Origin: Eledone cirrhosa
Lineage: Eukaryota
Direction of reading: 5' to 3'
Assembly: GCA_964016885.1 (NCBI GenBank)
Contig: OZ024743.1
Span: 327,298,001 to 327,362,000 of the forward strand
Length of the DNA: 64,000 nucleotides
A program made the translations under genes and the position numbers. Positions 48,201-61,922 of this stretch are shown here, one piece after another (position 1 is the first letter of the stretch; every line of letters begins with the position of its first letter). Under the pieces are notes generated by a model, which searched no databases, was not told where the DNA came from, and saw only the letters and a list, made by a program, of their open reading frames with translations.

Positions 48201-48840
48201 TTTAGTGGAGTCCATTCTGTATCAACCATTTGAGCCATATCTCTTTTCTTTCCATCAATCTAAGGTGCCTTGAAAACAAAAAATTGAGTATGACTCTTGT
48301 AACATGCCCATACCACTGCCCTTTTCTCCCAGACTAATCAGTATATAGAATGCAACAGAATTTACTTTCAACAAACCATGGATCTTCATCAGTTTCAATG
48401 ATAAATATTCCAATTGTTTGATTAATTGAACAACCAATTCAGAAAAGTAACATGTATTCAGCTGAGCATTCCACAGACTCAGTGTGTGATATGGCTGACC
48501 CTTTGAATTACAGGTAGAACTCATTTTTATCAGGTGAGTCAACTGGAGCAACGTGAAATAAAGTGTCTTACTCAGAAATACTTAGCTGCATTATAGTTGT
48601 CCTTGATTTTCATCGTTTGCTTCCTATTTTCTTTCTCTTTTTTCTTTCTGCCTCTCCCTCATTTTTGTTTCATAATTATAAGGAGTATTGGATATATCTT
48701 AAGCCATGGCTTACTAGCTCTATATGAATACTTAAATTGATTAAATACATTAACAAACAGGTCAGTCTACCTGGACCTATTTGTTGTTTCTGTTTTAAAT
48801 TATTTGATTCTATATAACAGATTTGCATGATAGTTTACAG

Positions 48841-49022
48841 TGAAGCAACTTTGTGGATATAAGGAATTTCCAATGAGTCAGAAAGTTGAAGCAACTTTGT
48901 GGATATAAGGAATTTCCAATGAGTCAGAAAGTTGAAGCAACTTTGTGGATATAAGGAATTTCCAATAAGTCGGAAAGTTGAAGCAACTTTGTGGACATAA
49001 GGAATTTCCAATAAGTCAGAAA
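48841..49022. repeat. 46-bp minisatellite, about 4 copies
   Basis: Unit aagcaactttgtggatataaggaatttccaatgagtcagaaagttg. Confidence 0.95.
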
Positions 49023-50709
49023 ATAGACAGGACAGCATGATGTCCTCAAAACCAGATTTTGTCACCCTTTTTATGAGAAAGAAAACACTTGTCGCTTCAT
49101 ATTTAGTAAACAAGACCATTTCCTTAATGTTTTTCAGCTTCAGGATGTCCTTGTTGCCAACTTGTGTTCTAGCCATGAGTCATAAACATTCCATCTCTTT
49201 TCAGACACAGAGTATCTAGGACTACATTATTCAATATGCCATTTCCTCTTTAAAGCAGTATCATTTGATTAGAGGATGATTTTGATGCTATTTCTAGGAT
49301 GTTGACCAACCAAATAGAGGATTCTTCATTGGCTTTTGTTGATATTTAGCCTGATATCAGCCCTGATTGAACAGATCTACAATGAAAGGCTTTCCAGCCC
49401 CAAACATACTCAAATCATATCCATCTTGAATTTAGTCAATTAAGTAGGTGAATATTCTAATTTAGAGATAAATGTTGTAGTATCAGGAGCTTATACCACT
49501 TTTTTATTTTGTGTCTTATAACTCTATCAGTTCTGACATCAAATATTCCACTTGTTTGAACACTGGAACTGCTTGCTTGTGAAATTCATGAGTATGTGTC
49601 TGGGCATTCCACAGACACATGCATCCTTAACATAGTTCTCCAGGAGATTCAACGTGACATACTATGTGACAAGGCTGTTCCTTTGAAATTACAGGTGCAA
49701 CTCATTTTTATCAGCTGAGTGAACTGAGCATAAAGTGCCTTGCTCAAAGAATTGAACTCACAACCTGATGGACATGAGCCAAAGACCCTAACCACTAAGC
49801 TATGATTCTTCACCTCATTTAGCACTATCACAAAAAGAATAGTATGTTGGCAACAGCCTTGCCAACAACTATAAGTGCAAGAGTGATGCACTACACTATG
49901 TAGGTATGTGAGATTTATTTAAGTTCTTTGCAGAATTCAAGCATCTCACTAAATAAGAGATAAGACCTTTTTGTTTGAATGGAAACTGATCCAGGGATTT
50001 GTGAGTTTGTATGTGTATATATGTAGGTGTATGTACTTGTACTCATGTTATGAGTAGATATGTCTCTTTGGTACATAAGTGTTGCTATGTGTGAGTGTGT
50101 GCATGCATGCATAATTATTCTTTATGTGTGTGTGTGTATATAATATTGCACACATATAATCATCATCATTTTACATCTGTTTTTCCATGCTTGCATGAGT
50201 TGGATGGGATGATGATGATAATGATGAGGATTTCAAAATTTGGCACGCTTTTTTTCTGGCTGGATGCCCTTCCTATCACTAACAACCTTTCAGCATGGAT
50301 TGGATGCATCCTTCATGTCACCAACAGCCGTAGAGTATAAAGAGTGAATTTAAGAAAGGAGATAGAAGAAGACTGAAAGTTCTAATGAAGTGGGAGTAAT
50401 CCAGGTGAGGAGTAAAATATCTGTACTGAAATAGAGCAAAATGACAGAATAGAGTCTGGTGTATTTTTTGCTTTAAAATAGAACAATCACTTTTTTCCTT
50501 CAATCTCTTTCTCTCTATAAATTCATGCACAAGCATGTGATTGTGTGTATACTTATGATCTTGTTACTCTTTGTGAGGTACATGTGTGTAAATGTGTGTG
50601 TGTGTGTTGTGTGTGCGCGCGCTATTGTCTGTGTGTGTGCACACGTGCGTGCAGGCTTGTGTGTGTGTGCATGCGTGTGTGTGTGTAGATATATATATGT
50701 AAGCCTTTC

Positions 50710-50743
<34 letters not shown>

Positions 50744-51338
50744 TTCATGTTCACATTTCCATGCTTGCATGGCTCTATATATATTCATATCAGTAATTAT
50801 AAGTCAGTGAATGCATGTCAGGGTGTATTTATTAATTTTTGTATTCTTTTATGCTTTTATTTTTTTATTCTCTAACTGGTTTCAGTCATTAAATTGTGGC
50901 CATGCTGGGGCACCACCTTGTATGGGAAACTATATATATTAACAAAATTGTCCCAGGATTTGATTTCAGCAACCATAAAATCTCTGCAATACTTAAAATG
51001 GGAAAAAAAAAGTAAGATAACAAAAAGTAGTAATACAGTTTGATCATTTCTCTGCTATATCTGCTTTTCATCACCTGTAAATCAAGTTTTAATAATACAC
51101 AGAAAAAAAACATTTATATATCCAGTCTTAATATGTTATATGGATGAGCTATAAATATGAATTACCTACATTATGTTAGTAGCTAAACAGAAGAATTTTC
51201 TGGGCAACACCCAAGTATCTTAATTTGTGCTATAGAATTTCAGTAAACATATAACTCAATATGAATCATTTATACTAAATAGGCCAAATATGAACCAAGT
51301 AAAGTTAGACAATACATACACATATGTATATATATATA

Positions 51339-51372
<34 letters not shown>

Positions 51373-51389
51373 GATATATATCATGATGA

Positions 51390-52940
51390 TGATGATGATC
51401 GTCATTGTTTACTGTTCATTTTTCCACGCTAGCATGGGTTAGACAAGTTGCCTCATTGTAAGATATAAGTCACGTCCAATGACTGGTCTTGCTCATACAG
51501 GACTGGTTTTGGCTTGGATGCCCTTCCTAAAACCAACCACATTTGTAGTGTGTGCTGGGTGCTTTTCGTCATGACACCTACATGTACCCTTTACAGTGTG
51601 AGCTGGGTACTTTTTGTCGTGACACCTACACAACCACTTTACTGTGTGGACTGGGGACTTGGAGAGGGAGGTAGATCTAGGGGCGTGTGTGAGGGGCAGA
51701 GAGTGTTCCGGCATGAGTGGAGTGTTAGGAAATGGGAGGTACAGGGGAGGGGGGCATGGATGGAGGGGGGGTGTTAGGGTGTGGAGGTGTATGGAAAGGA
51801 GAGGGAGAAGGTAGTGCATACAAGATGGATGCTTCAGTTCATGCACATAGGAAGGCGAGGCTTCTGTATTACTGTATAACACTAGAGATCTCGATTCTGT
51901 GTCATTGCCTTCAAGAGGGGCAATTGGGCAAGGTCAGCTTTTATCACCTCATCCCAAGTCTTCCTACACCATAACTTCCATCAACCTTGAACCCCCTTTG
52001 CGCCTTTTTATACAGCTGTCATTTTTCATATGCATCACATGAGACACTGAAGCCAAGTAGAAGTTCCACCTTACAGTTACATTTCTATATAAAATTACAA
52101 TTCTCCAATTGTATTTTTGTTGGTGATATTTTCATCAATAATATTTTCTTATGTAGGTAAAGGCCAGCAATTTGGGGGGAAGGAGCAATATACCATATCA
52201 ACCAATAATTGATTGGGATTTATTATATATCCACCTTGGAAGGATAAGAGGCATCAACGATGCCACAAGAAAGACATGGTTTAATTACCATCAACACAGT
52301 TTAATGTCTATTTTCCATGTTTCCATAGTTTAGACAGGCTGTCACATTTTGCAACTAGACAGACAAATCACGTGATTGCATCTCATCTAAACCCAGTTTT
52401 CTTAAGGATTACCAGAATGTGGAACTCTGTCAAAGGCCTTTACCAGATCTACAAAAGCTAGGTATAGCAGTTTACACTTAGCTAGGAACTTCTCTTGTTG
52501 TCTCACTAAAAAGATGACATTTGTGTTGCACCTTCTTAGCACAAGTCAAACTGCATCTCATCTTATTTGACTCTTTCCCTAATTAGTTGTATTAACACTC
52601 TTTCTGTCATTTTCATAAATTGATCTATCAGTTTTATGTCTCTGCAATTGATCCTTTTTAGATCACCATCATTTTCTTTGTAACAACTCATGGTTATACT
52701 GCTATGCCAGTCATTGAGTATGACACCATCATGTATTACCTGATTGATTATGCAAGTGACTAAATCAACTCCTACTTCCATCAATGATTTCAGAATTTGT
52801 GTTGGTATAACAACTTTACCATTTTCATCTCTCTGATTGCCTCTTTGACCCTATAACTGTCCATTTTGATAGCTGTCTCCTTTGTTGAGTCACTGGGGGT
52901 AGTTTTATCTTCCATTCACTCTCCACATTTCAATACACAT
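51390..52940 (-). mobile_element. RTE LINE fragments (3' UTR/C-terminus 51390-52040; RT 52380-52940)
   Basis: 3' UTR subrepeats; VILNDW...NCRDIKLIDQFMKMTERV. Confidence 0.8.
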
Positions 52941-53447
52941 GGATTTTGACATATTTCATATTTTTCCAAGTACTTTCAAATCTGCTGGGTCATTCTTCAG
53001 GTAAATATTGACACCACCACATTACCTTGGTGAATATTAATATGGTGATATCCAGGTGATTTAGGGTTAACATTTTCATATTTTATATTTACTGTCTTAT
53101 AAATGTGGATGTTATTTTTAAACAGTAAAAGTGAAATAGTCCATAAAACAGACTATATTATATACATACACACACACATGTCCACACAAACACACATGGA
53201 CACAGACAAACACTTACACATGCTTACATGCATTCATGCATACATATACCATCATTGTCGTTTAACATCCATTTTTCCATGCTTGCAGGGGTTAGACGGG
53301 TTGTCACATTATGAAACAAGTCACGTTAGGTGACTATGTCTTGCTCATGCAAATCTGTATACATATATATAACCATGCTAGCATGGAAAATAGATGTTAA
53401 ATGGTGATGATGATGATGATGATATATATATATATATATATAAACAG

Positions 53448-53863
53448 TAAGAATGAAAACAGCACGGAGTATATTCAAAGAATCTTTTCTTATCCTTTAA
53501 TCTGACAAAGAGTTATTTTTGAAAAAAGGAGAAAACTTTTTTTAAAAAAAAGGGTTTTATAAAATATATAAAATATTTTCAAAGTTTTAATATAATTCAT
53601 CTTATCAAATATTGAATATTAAAATTAAAATTTAAAAATCAAAAATTAAGTGTTGAAGAAGGTCTGTTCATATTTTGTGTTGTGAGGATGATTTTTAACT
53701 CTTAATTTTAATACTTAATATTTGATAAGATGAATTACATCGAAACCGGTAATATTTTATATATTTTATAAGAACGTTTTCTCCTTTTTTCAAAAATAAC
53801 ACTGTCGTATTAAAGAAGAAAAAAAGATTCTTTAAATATAATTCCGTGCTGTTTCCATTCTTA
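53448..53863. repeat. Diverged long inverted repeat (~190-bp arms, ~47-bp spacer) containing a degenerate hammerhead-like motif
   Basis: taagaatgaaaacagcacgga ... tccgtgctgtttccattctta. Right arm has gTGAGGA-tgat...atc-GAAAC-CG-GTA. Confidence 0.85.
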
Positions 53864-54033
53864 TTTTTTTTCTATAACCTTTGACTTGTATAGAACTTTA
53901 CTCCCTTTTCAACTATATATATATGTCTTTTTCTGTTATGGTATTTTTGATTTTTGATATATATATATGTGTATATATATATATATCAAAAAGCAAAAAT
54001 ACCATAACAGAAAAAGACATATATAAAACATAG

Positions 54034-54550
54034 TAACATGTAACCCAGTACAACCTGTGCCTGGTCGGGTCTTCAGCAACTAAACTGGCAACCCCACCAA
54101 ACTTGCTTGGTGAGGAGGGTGAATTTGGACACCCTGCGGGATGAAAAATAAAACCTGTCAAGGGGTGGAGGAGCTCGGGAGAGTCAACGGCTATCCAATA
54201 AAGTTTTTTTTTTGTGGAGCGAGAGACTTCTAGCTTCATTAAGACATCTCTCTAGGAGAAGGTCACTCAGATATAAAACCTGCAACTTCGTTTGCATCCA
54301 ATAATGTAGACCAGTTCTTCTTTTTGGGCAAATGCATTCCATGTTCAGAGAGTGGGATTGGCTCCGTGCAAAGCCTTTCCTCACTTCAAAAAAGCTTCAA
54401 GTACAGGCATCACTTGATATGTGACATTTTTTGCAATGCATGGTATTGCTGGCCATAGGCAAGTCCCTTGCAGGACTAAAAAGCCACATCTGTGATGCTC
54501 ATGCTTAAGTACCAAGCAGTGGCATTACTCGAAATTGAGTTGCAGCCATC
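54034..54550 (+). repeat. LINE 5' UTR-like repeats
   Basis: Homologous to 9313-9480, followed by a tctaggagaagg...aaacc motif typical of RTE-group 5' UTRs. Confidence 0.5.
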
Positions 54551-55066
54551 ATCATCATCATCATCATCATCATCTTCGTTTAACGTCCATTTTCCACACT
54601 AGCATGGGTTAGACGGGAGTTGTCCCACTTGAGGCAAAGCTGGTCGGGTGACCATGTCTTGCTCATATAGGACTATCTGGCAGGTTTTCTACAGCTGGAT
54701 GCCCTTCCTAACACCAACCACATTTACAGTGTGGAACTGGGAACTTTTTACCATGTTACCTACACAGTCACATTACAGCGTGGACTGATGTATGTATGTA
54801 TTGATACAGTACAAAAATAGTAAACATACTCACTACTTAAAAGTTTCACCTGTTGGATTGCCCATTAAGAGGTATTTGCATTTCAAGGATTTCTATAATG
54901 CCAGCATGAATAGTATTATTTCTTGTTATACACATTTGCAAGTCAATAGAAAGTAAGTCAATTATAATTGTCTTCGTCCCACCCTTGTAAGCAGGGAAAA
55001 GTGGACGTAAAATTATGAGGATGATGATGATGATGATGATGATTCTATGAATGACTTCACATGTTA

Positions 55067-55679
55067 TCTATATATATAAAACTGAGGATGTCTGTGTGTG
55101 TGTGTGTCTGTGAGTTTGAATCCCTAAAATTCGAGAAGTACCAAACCGATTTTTTTCAAACTTTACATGTGTATTACTTGTGTTTCATGGAGTGTTATGC
55201 ACATCAAAAAATTGATCTCTGAGGGCCCACAATAGGTGAAAAACTGCGTTTTTTTTCAACCTTTTAGGGGTCTTTTGAGGCGTTACGTCAGACCGGTTTC
55301 GTTGAAATTGTAACAGTCTCTTCTTCATACAGTGAGCAAAGAAAATCCAACTTTTTTATGGCCTAGGGCCCTCATTAGGTGAAAAACTTCATTTTTTCAG
55401 CTTTTTAGGGCTTTTTTGAGGCGTTACGTCTAACTGATTTTCCCGAAATTTCAAGGCATATTATGCACATAAAAAAAAATTATTTTCTTGATCCCCTAGG
55501 TGAAAACCTGCATTTTTCCTGCTTCATCGAGGAAAATCTTAAAGATTATCCAGCCAACAGAGTATTCGGTTTATTTTCTTTACATATTGTCCAGGCATGC
55601 AGTTTTTCCACAATTAGGTCTGTTGGCGGTCCGCATTCCAAAATACCTTATCCCGTGCAACGCCGAGTACCACTGCTAG
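55067..55679 (+). mobile_element. Non-autonomous Helitron
   Basis: a|TCtatatatataaaa ... cccgtgcaacgccgagtaccactgCTAG|t, inserted in an AT dinucleotide, with internal taggtgaaaa subrepeats. Confidence 0.82.
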
Positions 55680-56304
55680 TACTAAATAAATTCATCAGAC
55701 TTTTACAATACAATGGAAGAAAGATCAAAATCCTGGTCAATATATTGTAGGTAATTCCCCGGGGTGACATATATAATACATTAAATATTAGTTAAATTCA
55801 TTTGAATTAATATAACATATACCCTGTATACTCATATATAAGTTGTATTATCAACATAAGTCACATGCTCCTTTTTGTAAATACTGTTTGCAAATATTCT
55901 TGTAGTTCTGTTTAAATAAATAGAAAACACTTAATTAAAATAATCCCAGTCATTGCCAGTATAGTCTATCAAAGCCACAGAACCATAGATATCATGGCTA
56001 TATGTTTTAGGATTATATACTTTTATTTCACATAATTATGCTTACAAATAAACACAATTTATATATATATATATAATTAGAAGGAAGTAGGAGAAGACAT
56101 TCACGCGGAATCATATCCCACAAGGGGAACTGGGATTTCCCTCTCATAACTGTTGAGGTAAACCAACACACTCAACAACCCTTACTTTTACCACAGCATC
56201 CAAGAAGTGGGAAGGAGCAAAAGAGTCGCTATGCCTGAAATGAATATTAAATTCTACTGTCAGATTGCCATTCCTAATTGACAGACAACATATGTGGTAT
56301 TTAA

Positions 56305-56500
56305 CCCTTTAGCATTCACATTACTCTATATTTACAATTGTATTTTCACAGTAAAGTCTTTACCGCACATAATTATCTCACACAGAATCGAATCTATGAG
56401 ATTTTGATATTATTTATTTTGAGAATAATACTTTAACATAAGTATGAGGGGCCTGTTATAGCCAGTTTGAACAGAAAGAGGTGAGAGAAATGCTAAAGGG
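56305..56500. mobile_element. piggyBac-type MITE
   Basis: TTAA|CCCTTTAGCATT ... AATGCTAAAGGG|TTAA. Confidence 0.9.
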
Positions 56501-57229
56501 TTAATGGACTGATAACAGGTGACTAATAGAAAAGTATGCACTTATATAATGCACACATGGAAGTCGTTTTGATTTTGTGTAAGACATCATCAACGTATAT
56601 TTGTTTACAACGGTAATATTCATGTAGACCAGGTAGTGACATGACTACCCTGCTGTACATAATACACCATTTGCTGATGTATATGTATTTGCATTTGTCA
56701 TGCATGTGTCCATATGCGTGTGCATGTGTATGTGTGTGAGTGTGTGTCTGACTGTCTGCCTGTCTGTGTGTTAACGAGTGCTGTGAATAGCTAGAGCAAA
56801 GTACATTACTCGACTTTTCATGCCAGATTTTCTTTTAGCAGAAAAAACAAAAATGGTTTCTTTTTTTTAGTATATTTAATTATATTATTCACATAGTTAA
56901 TCACAATTTGAGTGTATAAGAATTCTCATAAAATATATCAGTAGATGGCATGTACGATTATATGTTCATCATTATTGGTGCAAATTATATATATATATAT
57001 TGAATAAATGAAGGTTTTTAAATCAAATCCCTCTTTAATCTCCACAATTGTTTCTATACAGACTAAAGATATGATATTCATGTAAACAATGAACCAATCT
57101 GTTACAATTAATAATCATTCACATAGTATTAATGTTTATTTCCTCATAATTCATTTTTAATATTCCTCAGTAGATGTGAAGGTGCATGGCTTAGTGGTTA
57201 GAGAGTTGGATTCACAATTATGAGGTTGT

Positions 57230-58665
57230 TTTCTGGGTCTATCCACTCCGTAGCTTCTATCAATTTTATCACCCTGCACTTTTTTATACAACTGTCATCC
57301 TTCATGTGCATCACATCACCATACCAACGTAATCACCTCTCGAGTAAACTGCATCAGATCCCTCTTATTCCTAATTTATCACTTAGTTCGTTTACGTTTT
57401 GCCGTTCGTGTACATTACACATCCATCGGAGCATGCATGCTTCATTCCTTTCCAATCTGCGCAGATCCTCTGTACACAATGCCCATGTCTCACTGCCATG
57501 TAACATTGCTGTTCGTATACAAGTATCAAACAATCTGCCTTTTATTTTTAGAGAGAAACTTTTTGTGGCCAACAGCGGTATAAGCTCTCTGAATTTTTTC
57601 CATCCCGTTCTAACTCTGGCTACTCTACTTTCAGAACACCTTCCCCCACTGCTGGTTTAGTCACGGAAAGTGTCTACTATTTCTAGAGAACCATCTGGGC
57701 AGTTGAGGAACTAGTACCCAGTGGGCACTTGCTACTTACTGCACCTGAGCATCGGCCACATATAAAATCTACATTCTTAGGTAACTTGCCTGTGATCCCG
57801 CTACATCTTATGTTCCCATAGTTTACATTTGGGGCATAGAATGGAATTTCTACTTACTCCTTTCCTACACAATGAGAATGGCCATTTCCCAGAGGGCCCT
57901 TGTACCCTATTTTCCTCTCTACATACTAGAACTTTAGTCTTAGACAAGTTAACTTTAAGGCCTTTTGATTCTAGGCCATGTTTTCATGTTTGAATTTCTT
58001 CTCTAATTCAGTCGTAGAATCAGCTATGAGAGTTAGATCATCTGAATCTTGAAGTTCTCATGTGCAGCCAGTCTTAAACTCTTCTGTTATAGCCTGTAGG
58101 ACAATAATAAACAAGAGGGGAGGGGCTAAGGATGGAGCCTTAGTGAACACCTACTTTTACGCTAAATTCTTCACTATATTCATTGTTAATTCCAACCTTG
58201 CTGACTGTTCCTCTATACATGGCTTGTATAGCTCCCACAAGCCACTCATCTACTCCTAGTTTTCTAAGAGCCCACCAGATAATGGAGCAAGGGACTCTGT
58301 GAAAGGCTTTCTCCAAGTCAATAAAAGCTAAGTACAGGAGTTTACTTTTAGCTAGGTACTTCTCCTGCAGTTACTGTACAAGGAAGAGAGCATCCATGGT
58401 ACTTTTACCTGGCACAAACCCAAACTGCATTTCATCTAGATCAATTCAGTCTCTAATCAGTTGTGCAATAACTCTTTCATGACCCCTGGTCAACTAACTT
58501 AATGCCTCTATAGTTTTCTCTATCTAGAGCATCTCCTTTGCCCTTGTAGCAGTTAACGATGTTGCTGCTACGCCAGTCATTTGGTATGACCCCATTCAGT
58601 ATTACTTGGTTTACTATCCGGGTGACCATAGTATGTCCCACCATTCCAGATGCTTTCAACATTTT
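57230..58665 (-). mobile_element. RTE LINE RT fragment with PHD-like finger
   Basis: Collinear with and very similar to 16390-17845. Confidence 0.92.
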
Positions 58666-59049
58666 ATATATATATATATATTTCATAGAACCACTTCAGT
58701 CACAAATGACCAAGGTTTGCACCTAGAAAGTTCCCCTCCGAGGCACATGCCTGGGCATTGTGTGTTTGTGGAAGATCAGCAGTCACCTATGCATGCCAGT
58801 TCCTCTCTCTATATCACTTATGTTATCCAAAGGAATAATGGCCAATACAGCTTGACACCAGTGACGTCACAGCCCATTTCTACAGCTGAGTGAACTGGAG
58901 CAACACGAAATGAAGTGTTTTGCTCAAGAATACAATGCACTGCCAGGTCCAGGATTCATTCTTACAACTATTGTGAGCATAGTGCTCTAACCACTAAACC
59001 ACACTTATTTATATTTGTGTATGTGTATGTATATATATATATATCCCGA

Positions 59050-59379
59050 CTTCACACGAGTACAAGCCGAAGCTGAAGCATATAGACAATATGCCCCCAC
59101 TCCCTCCAACTGCAAAGTGGTCGTGGAGATGTCACAACAAAAAAGCACCCAGCCCCCACTGTAAAGTGGTTGCGTAGGTGCCACGACAAAAAAGCAGGCA
59201 GCACTCACTGTAAATGAGGTTGGTGTTAGGAAGGGCATCCAGCTGTAGAAATCAAGCCAAAATCAGTTCCCGTAGAAACAAGACAAGGTCACTCGACCTG
59301 GCACTGCCCACAACAGGACAACCCGTCTAACCCATGCTGGCGTAGAAGAATGGACATAAAACGGTGATGATGATGATGA

Positions 59380-59380
<1 letters not shown>
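59050..59380 (+). mobile_element. RTE 3' UTR-derived fragment
   Basis: aaaagcacccag...cactgtaaagtggt subrepeats, aacccatgctgg...ggacataaaacg and (GAT)n. Confidence 0.8.
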
Positions 59381-59438
<58 letters not shown>

Positions 59439-59449
59439 CAGTATTTACG

Positions 59450-61922
59450 TATCGAGAAAGAGAAAAAAAGGGGAGGATAGGTGATACATATAGTTATTTG
59501 CCAAGTAGCGTATGCCAAAGGTGCTCGATACTAGTGCCGGCAGTATTAAATATTCGAAGTGTTAATATTTAGTGGACTAGAGAGTTAGCAGAGTGTAAGC
59601 ACGTGGGAAAGTAAAAAATCGGAGAATAGACCGTTAAAACATGTTTATTTAAAACAGCACCTACGTACGTTTCGTCCAGTTGGGCTTCTCAAGGGCATAA
59701 ATAATCACAAGTGTTCCTTATATTGCTCGGAAAGAGTTTTGGGGGTTAAATCCACACCAAGGTTCATTGCTCACAAAAATATCTTGTTTTGATTTTGCAG
59801 CAGGTCAAGGGAGGTAACTCTGGCCGGTGTTAGGGCAGTCTTTCCCGGACAATTTTTTTTTTTTTTTTTTTTGCCGCATCTGTTTGTCTGAGGCTGGGTC
59901 TGGTATGCAAGGATTGTTTCCTGGGTGTTATTTTGCAGCGCCTGCCCGCCGGGGTGTTAAGACTTGTTGCAGGGAGATCCGGTGTACGGTTTCACTCCTC
60001 ATCCTTAACCCATCTGAAGAAGGATATTTTTAAGCGATGTGTACAACTTATCGCTGTTTCAGCTCTGCTGTTGATGAGCTCGTGGGGTGCAGTTATGATG
60101 TGGTAGAGCTCCATGAGGCAAAGATCGCATTTCCTCTTGAAGTTGTACGGTGCAGCCCTGCCGACAATCTCCCAGTGCGTGGAGAAGCTGATGTTTAAGT
60201 CCTTTAGTGATGTGATGTAGTCCGCGAGCGAAGTGGAGTGCCTTAGTTTTCTATTTGTGAAAGAGTGGAGATGTGTTCGAAACCTAATTTTGAACGGGCC
60301 GGAGGTAGCCCCTATATAATGTTTAACGCTATTGTGGCTAGTAATAGTGCATCTATATATAACCCTATCAGTCAAGCAGTATCCTCTAAGGGGGCAGCGT
60401 CCTCTGTCGCGGCAGTTGCAATTTCTGTCGCGGTTCCGTCTATTTCCCACGGTAAGGCTATCATTGTTGCTGCCTACGTTGTTACCCACGCTATCGCAGC
60501 TGTCGTTAGCACCATTACAACCCACAGCACGCGGGGTGGTGCGATTGTTATTCCGCACGTCATGTCCTGGATGTTCCCCAGTCATTTCGCGGTTATGCTG
60601 GTTGCGTCTGCGGATGCCATTGCCAACACTATTGGATGCTGCCAGGGAGTTGTTAAGGCCGATATAGTTATTGTCAGGTGTAGGTGCATCTGTGTCGAGG
60701 TGCTGTGTCTTGGTGATCTTACTGTGGTTCATTGTTCCTATGATGTCTGCTAGGTTAGGAGTAGTAGAGAAGGATATTTTTATATTGTTCCTATTAGAAT
60801 TTTTCTATACCTATGGTTGGGCGGGAAATTCTTCTCTAAGGCTTCGAAGAACATCCGGGGTATGTTGGAGGCCACACTCCGAGAGTAGGGGTGGGGGTGG
60901 AACCATAGGACGTTACGGTGGCGATTACGTGTCCTTGTACTTTTGCTACGGGTGGTTCCATCTAGGTGACCGCTCTTATGTGTGTTAATGCGCAGTCGCT
61001 CGTTCGCTGCCCCTTTCACTTTATGCTCGGGTGCACTCTTCCTACCTCTTCCATGTTTATGTACACGAAGATGTTGGTTGGAAGGCGTTGGTAGTAGGCC
61101 GTCGCCTTTGTTGGTTTTGTAATAGGGGAATAGTTCGAGTAATCTACAGTGTTCACCGTCGCCGGGGTCGTGATCTTTGGTGCGGTTATCTATTCTATTA
61201 TATCCGACTTCAACGAGGTCGCCACGTGATCGGTTATAGGTATGGCTTACTATAACGTTTGTTTTATGAAGGGGGTGGTTTCTAGAGCTAGCGTTAGGGA
61301 TGTAGGAAATTCCTCGGTTAAAGCCGGCGCTTATCAGGGCCCTATTGTAGTAATCTGCCGCTTGGTTGAAGATATCCTCATTGGCGGATAGCCTCGAGAT
61401 TCTATGTGAGATACTATAGACTATGGAGTTGAGAGTCTGCTTAGGGTGGTTGGAGGCATAATTAATATAAGAGAGGCACTCTCCAGGCTTATGGTATGGC
61501 TTGTATAAGCCCGTACTCAACTCCAGGGTCACGTCCAGGAAGTTGACAACCCTGTGGTTGAGGTCCATAGTTACAGATAGGCCGTATGACTTGAAGAACC
61601 TGTGTATATGTTTGTTAAGGTTCTCTATCCTACGGGGGCTATGGTTCCTAACGGTAAACAGGGCGTCGTCCCTATATACACCTCCTTGTAGGGCCGGTAT
61701 CTCTTCCCTAAGCTTATGTAGGAGGTATATCCGGATCAGGTCAGTTGCTTGCGCTGAGTCACTGGACCCCATCGTGACATCAAAGTTATCAGGACAGTTG
61801 GTTCTGGTCCAGTGGGAGCCTTCGAACTGGATAATGGTTCTACGCGCCACTAGAATTATGTCTATTTCTTTTTTAGTGAGGCTAGTGTTAGATCTAGCTA
61901 AGATAAGTGCCTTATTTAAGAG
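59450..61922 (-). mobile_element. Penelope-like retroelement, Naiad type (RT + GIY-YIG), 5'-truncated, single frameshift
   Basis: FDVTMGS, GVYRDDA, VNFLDVTL, YINYASNHP; CNCRDRGRCPLRGYC, VIY...YIG, FKIRFRTH, KCDLCLME. The two ORFs join across a 1-nt deletion near 60797. Confidence 0.93.
59657..59697 (-). ncRNA. PLE-type hammerhead ribozyme, U3-A8 core variant
   Basis: gccc-TTGAGAA-gccc-aact-ggac-GAAAC-gtac-GTA-ggtgc, then AATAAA. Stem III is the palindrome ACGTACGT. Confidence 0.7.

Noticed and set aside
59992-60450. Selenocysteine-coding Naiad
   Set aside because: No in-frame TGA at the conserved Cys positions in the visible ORF.
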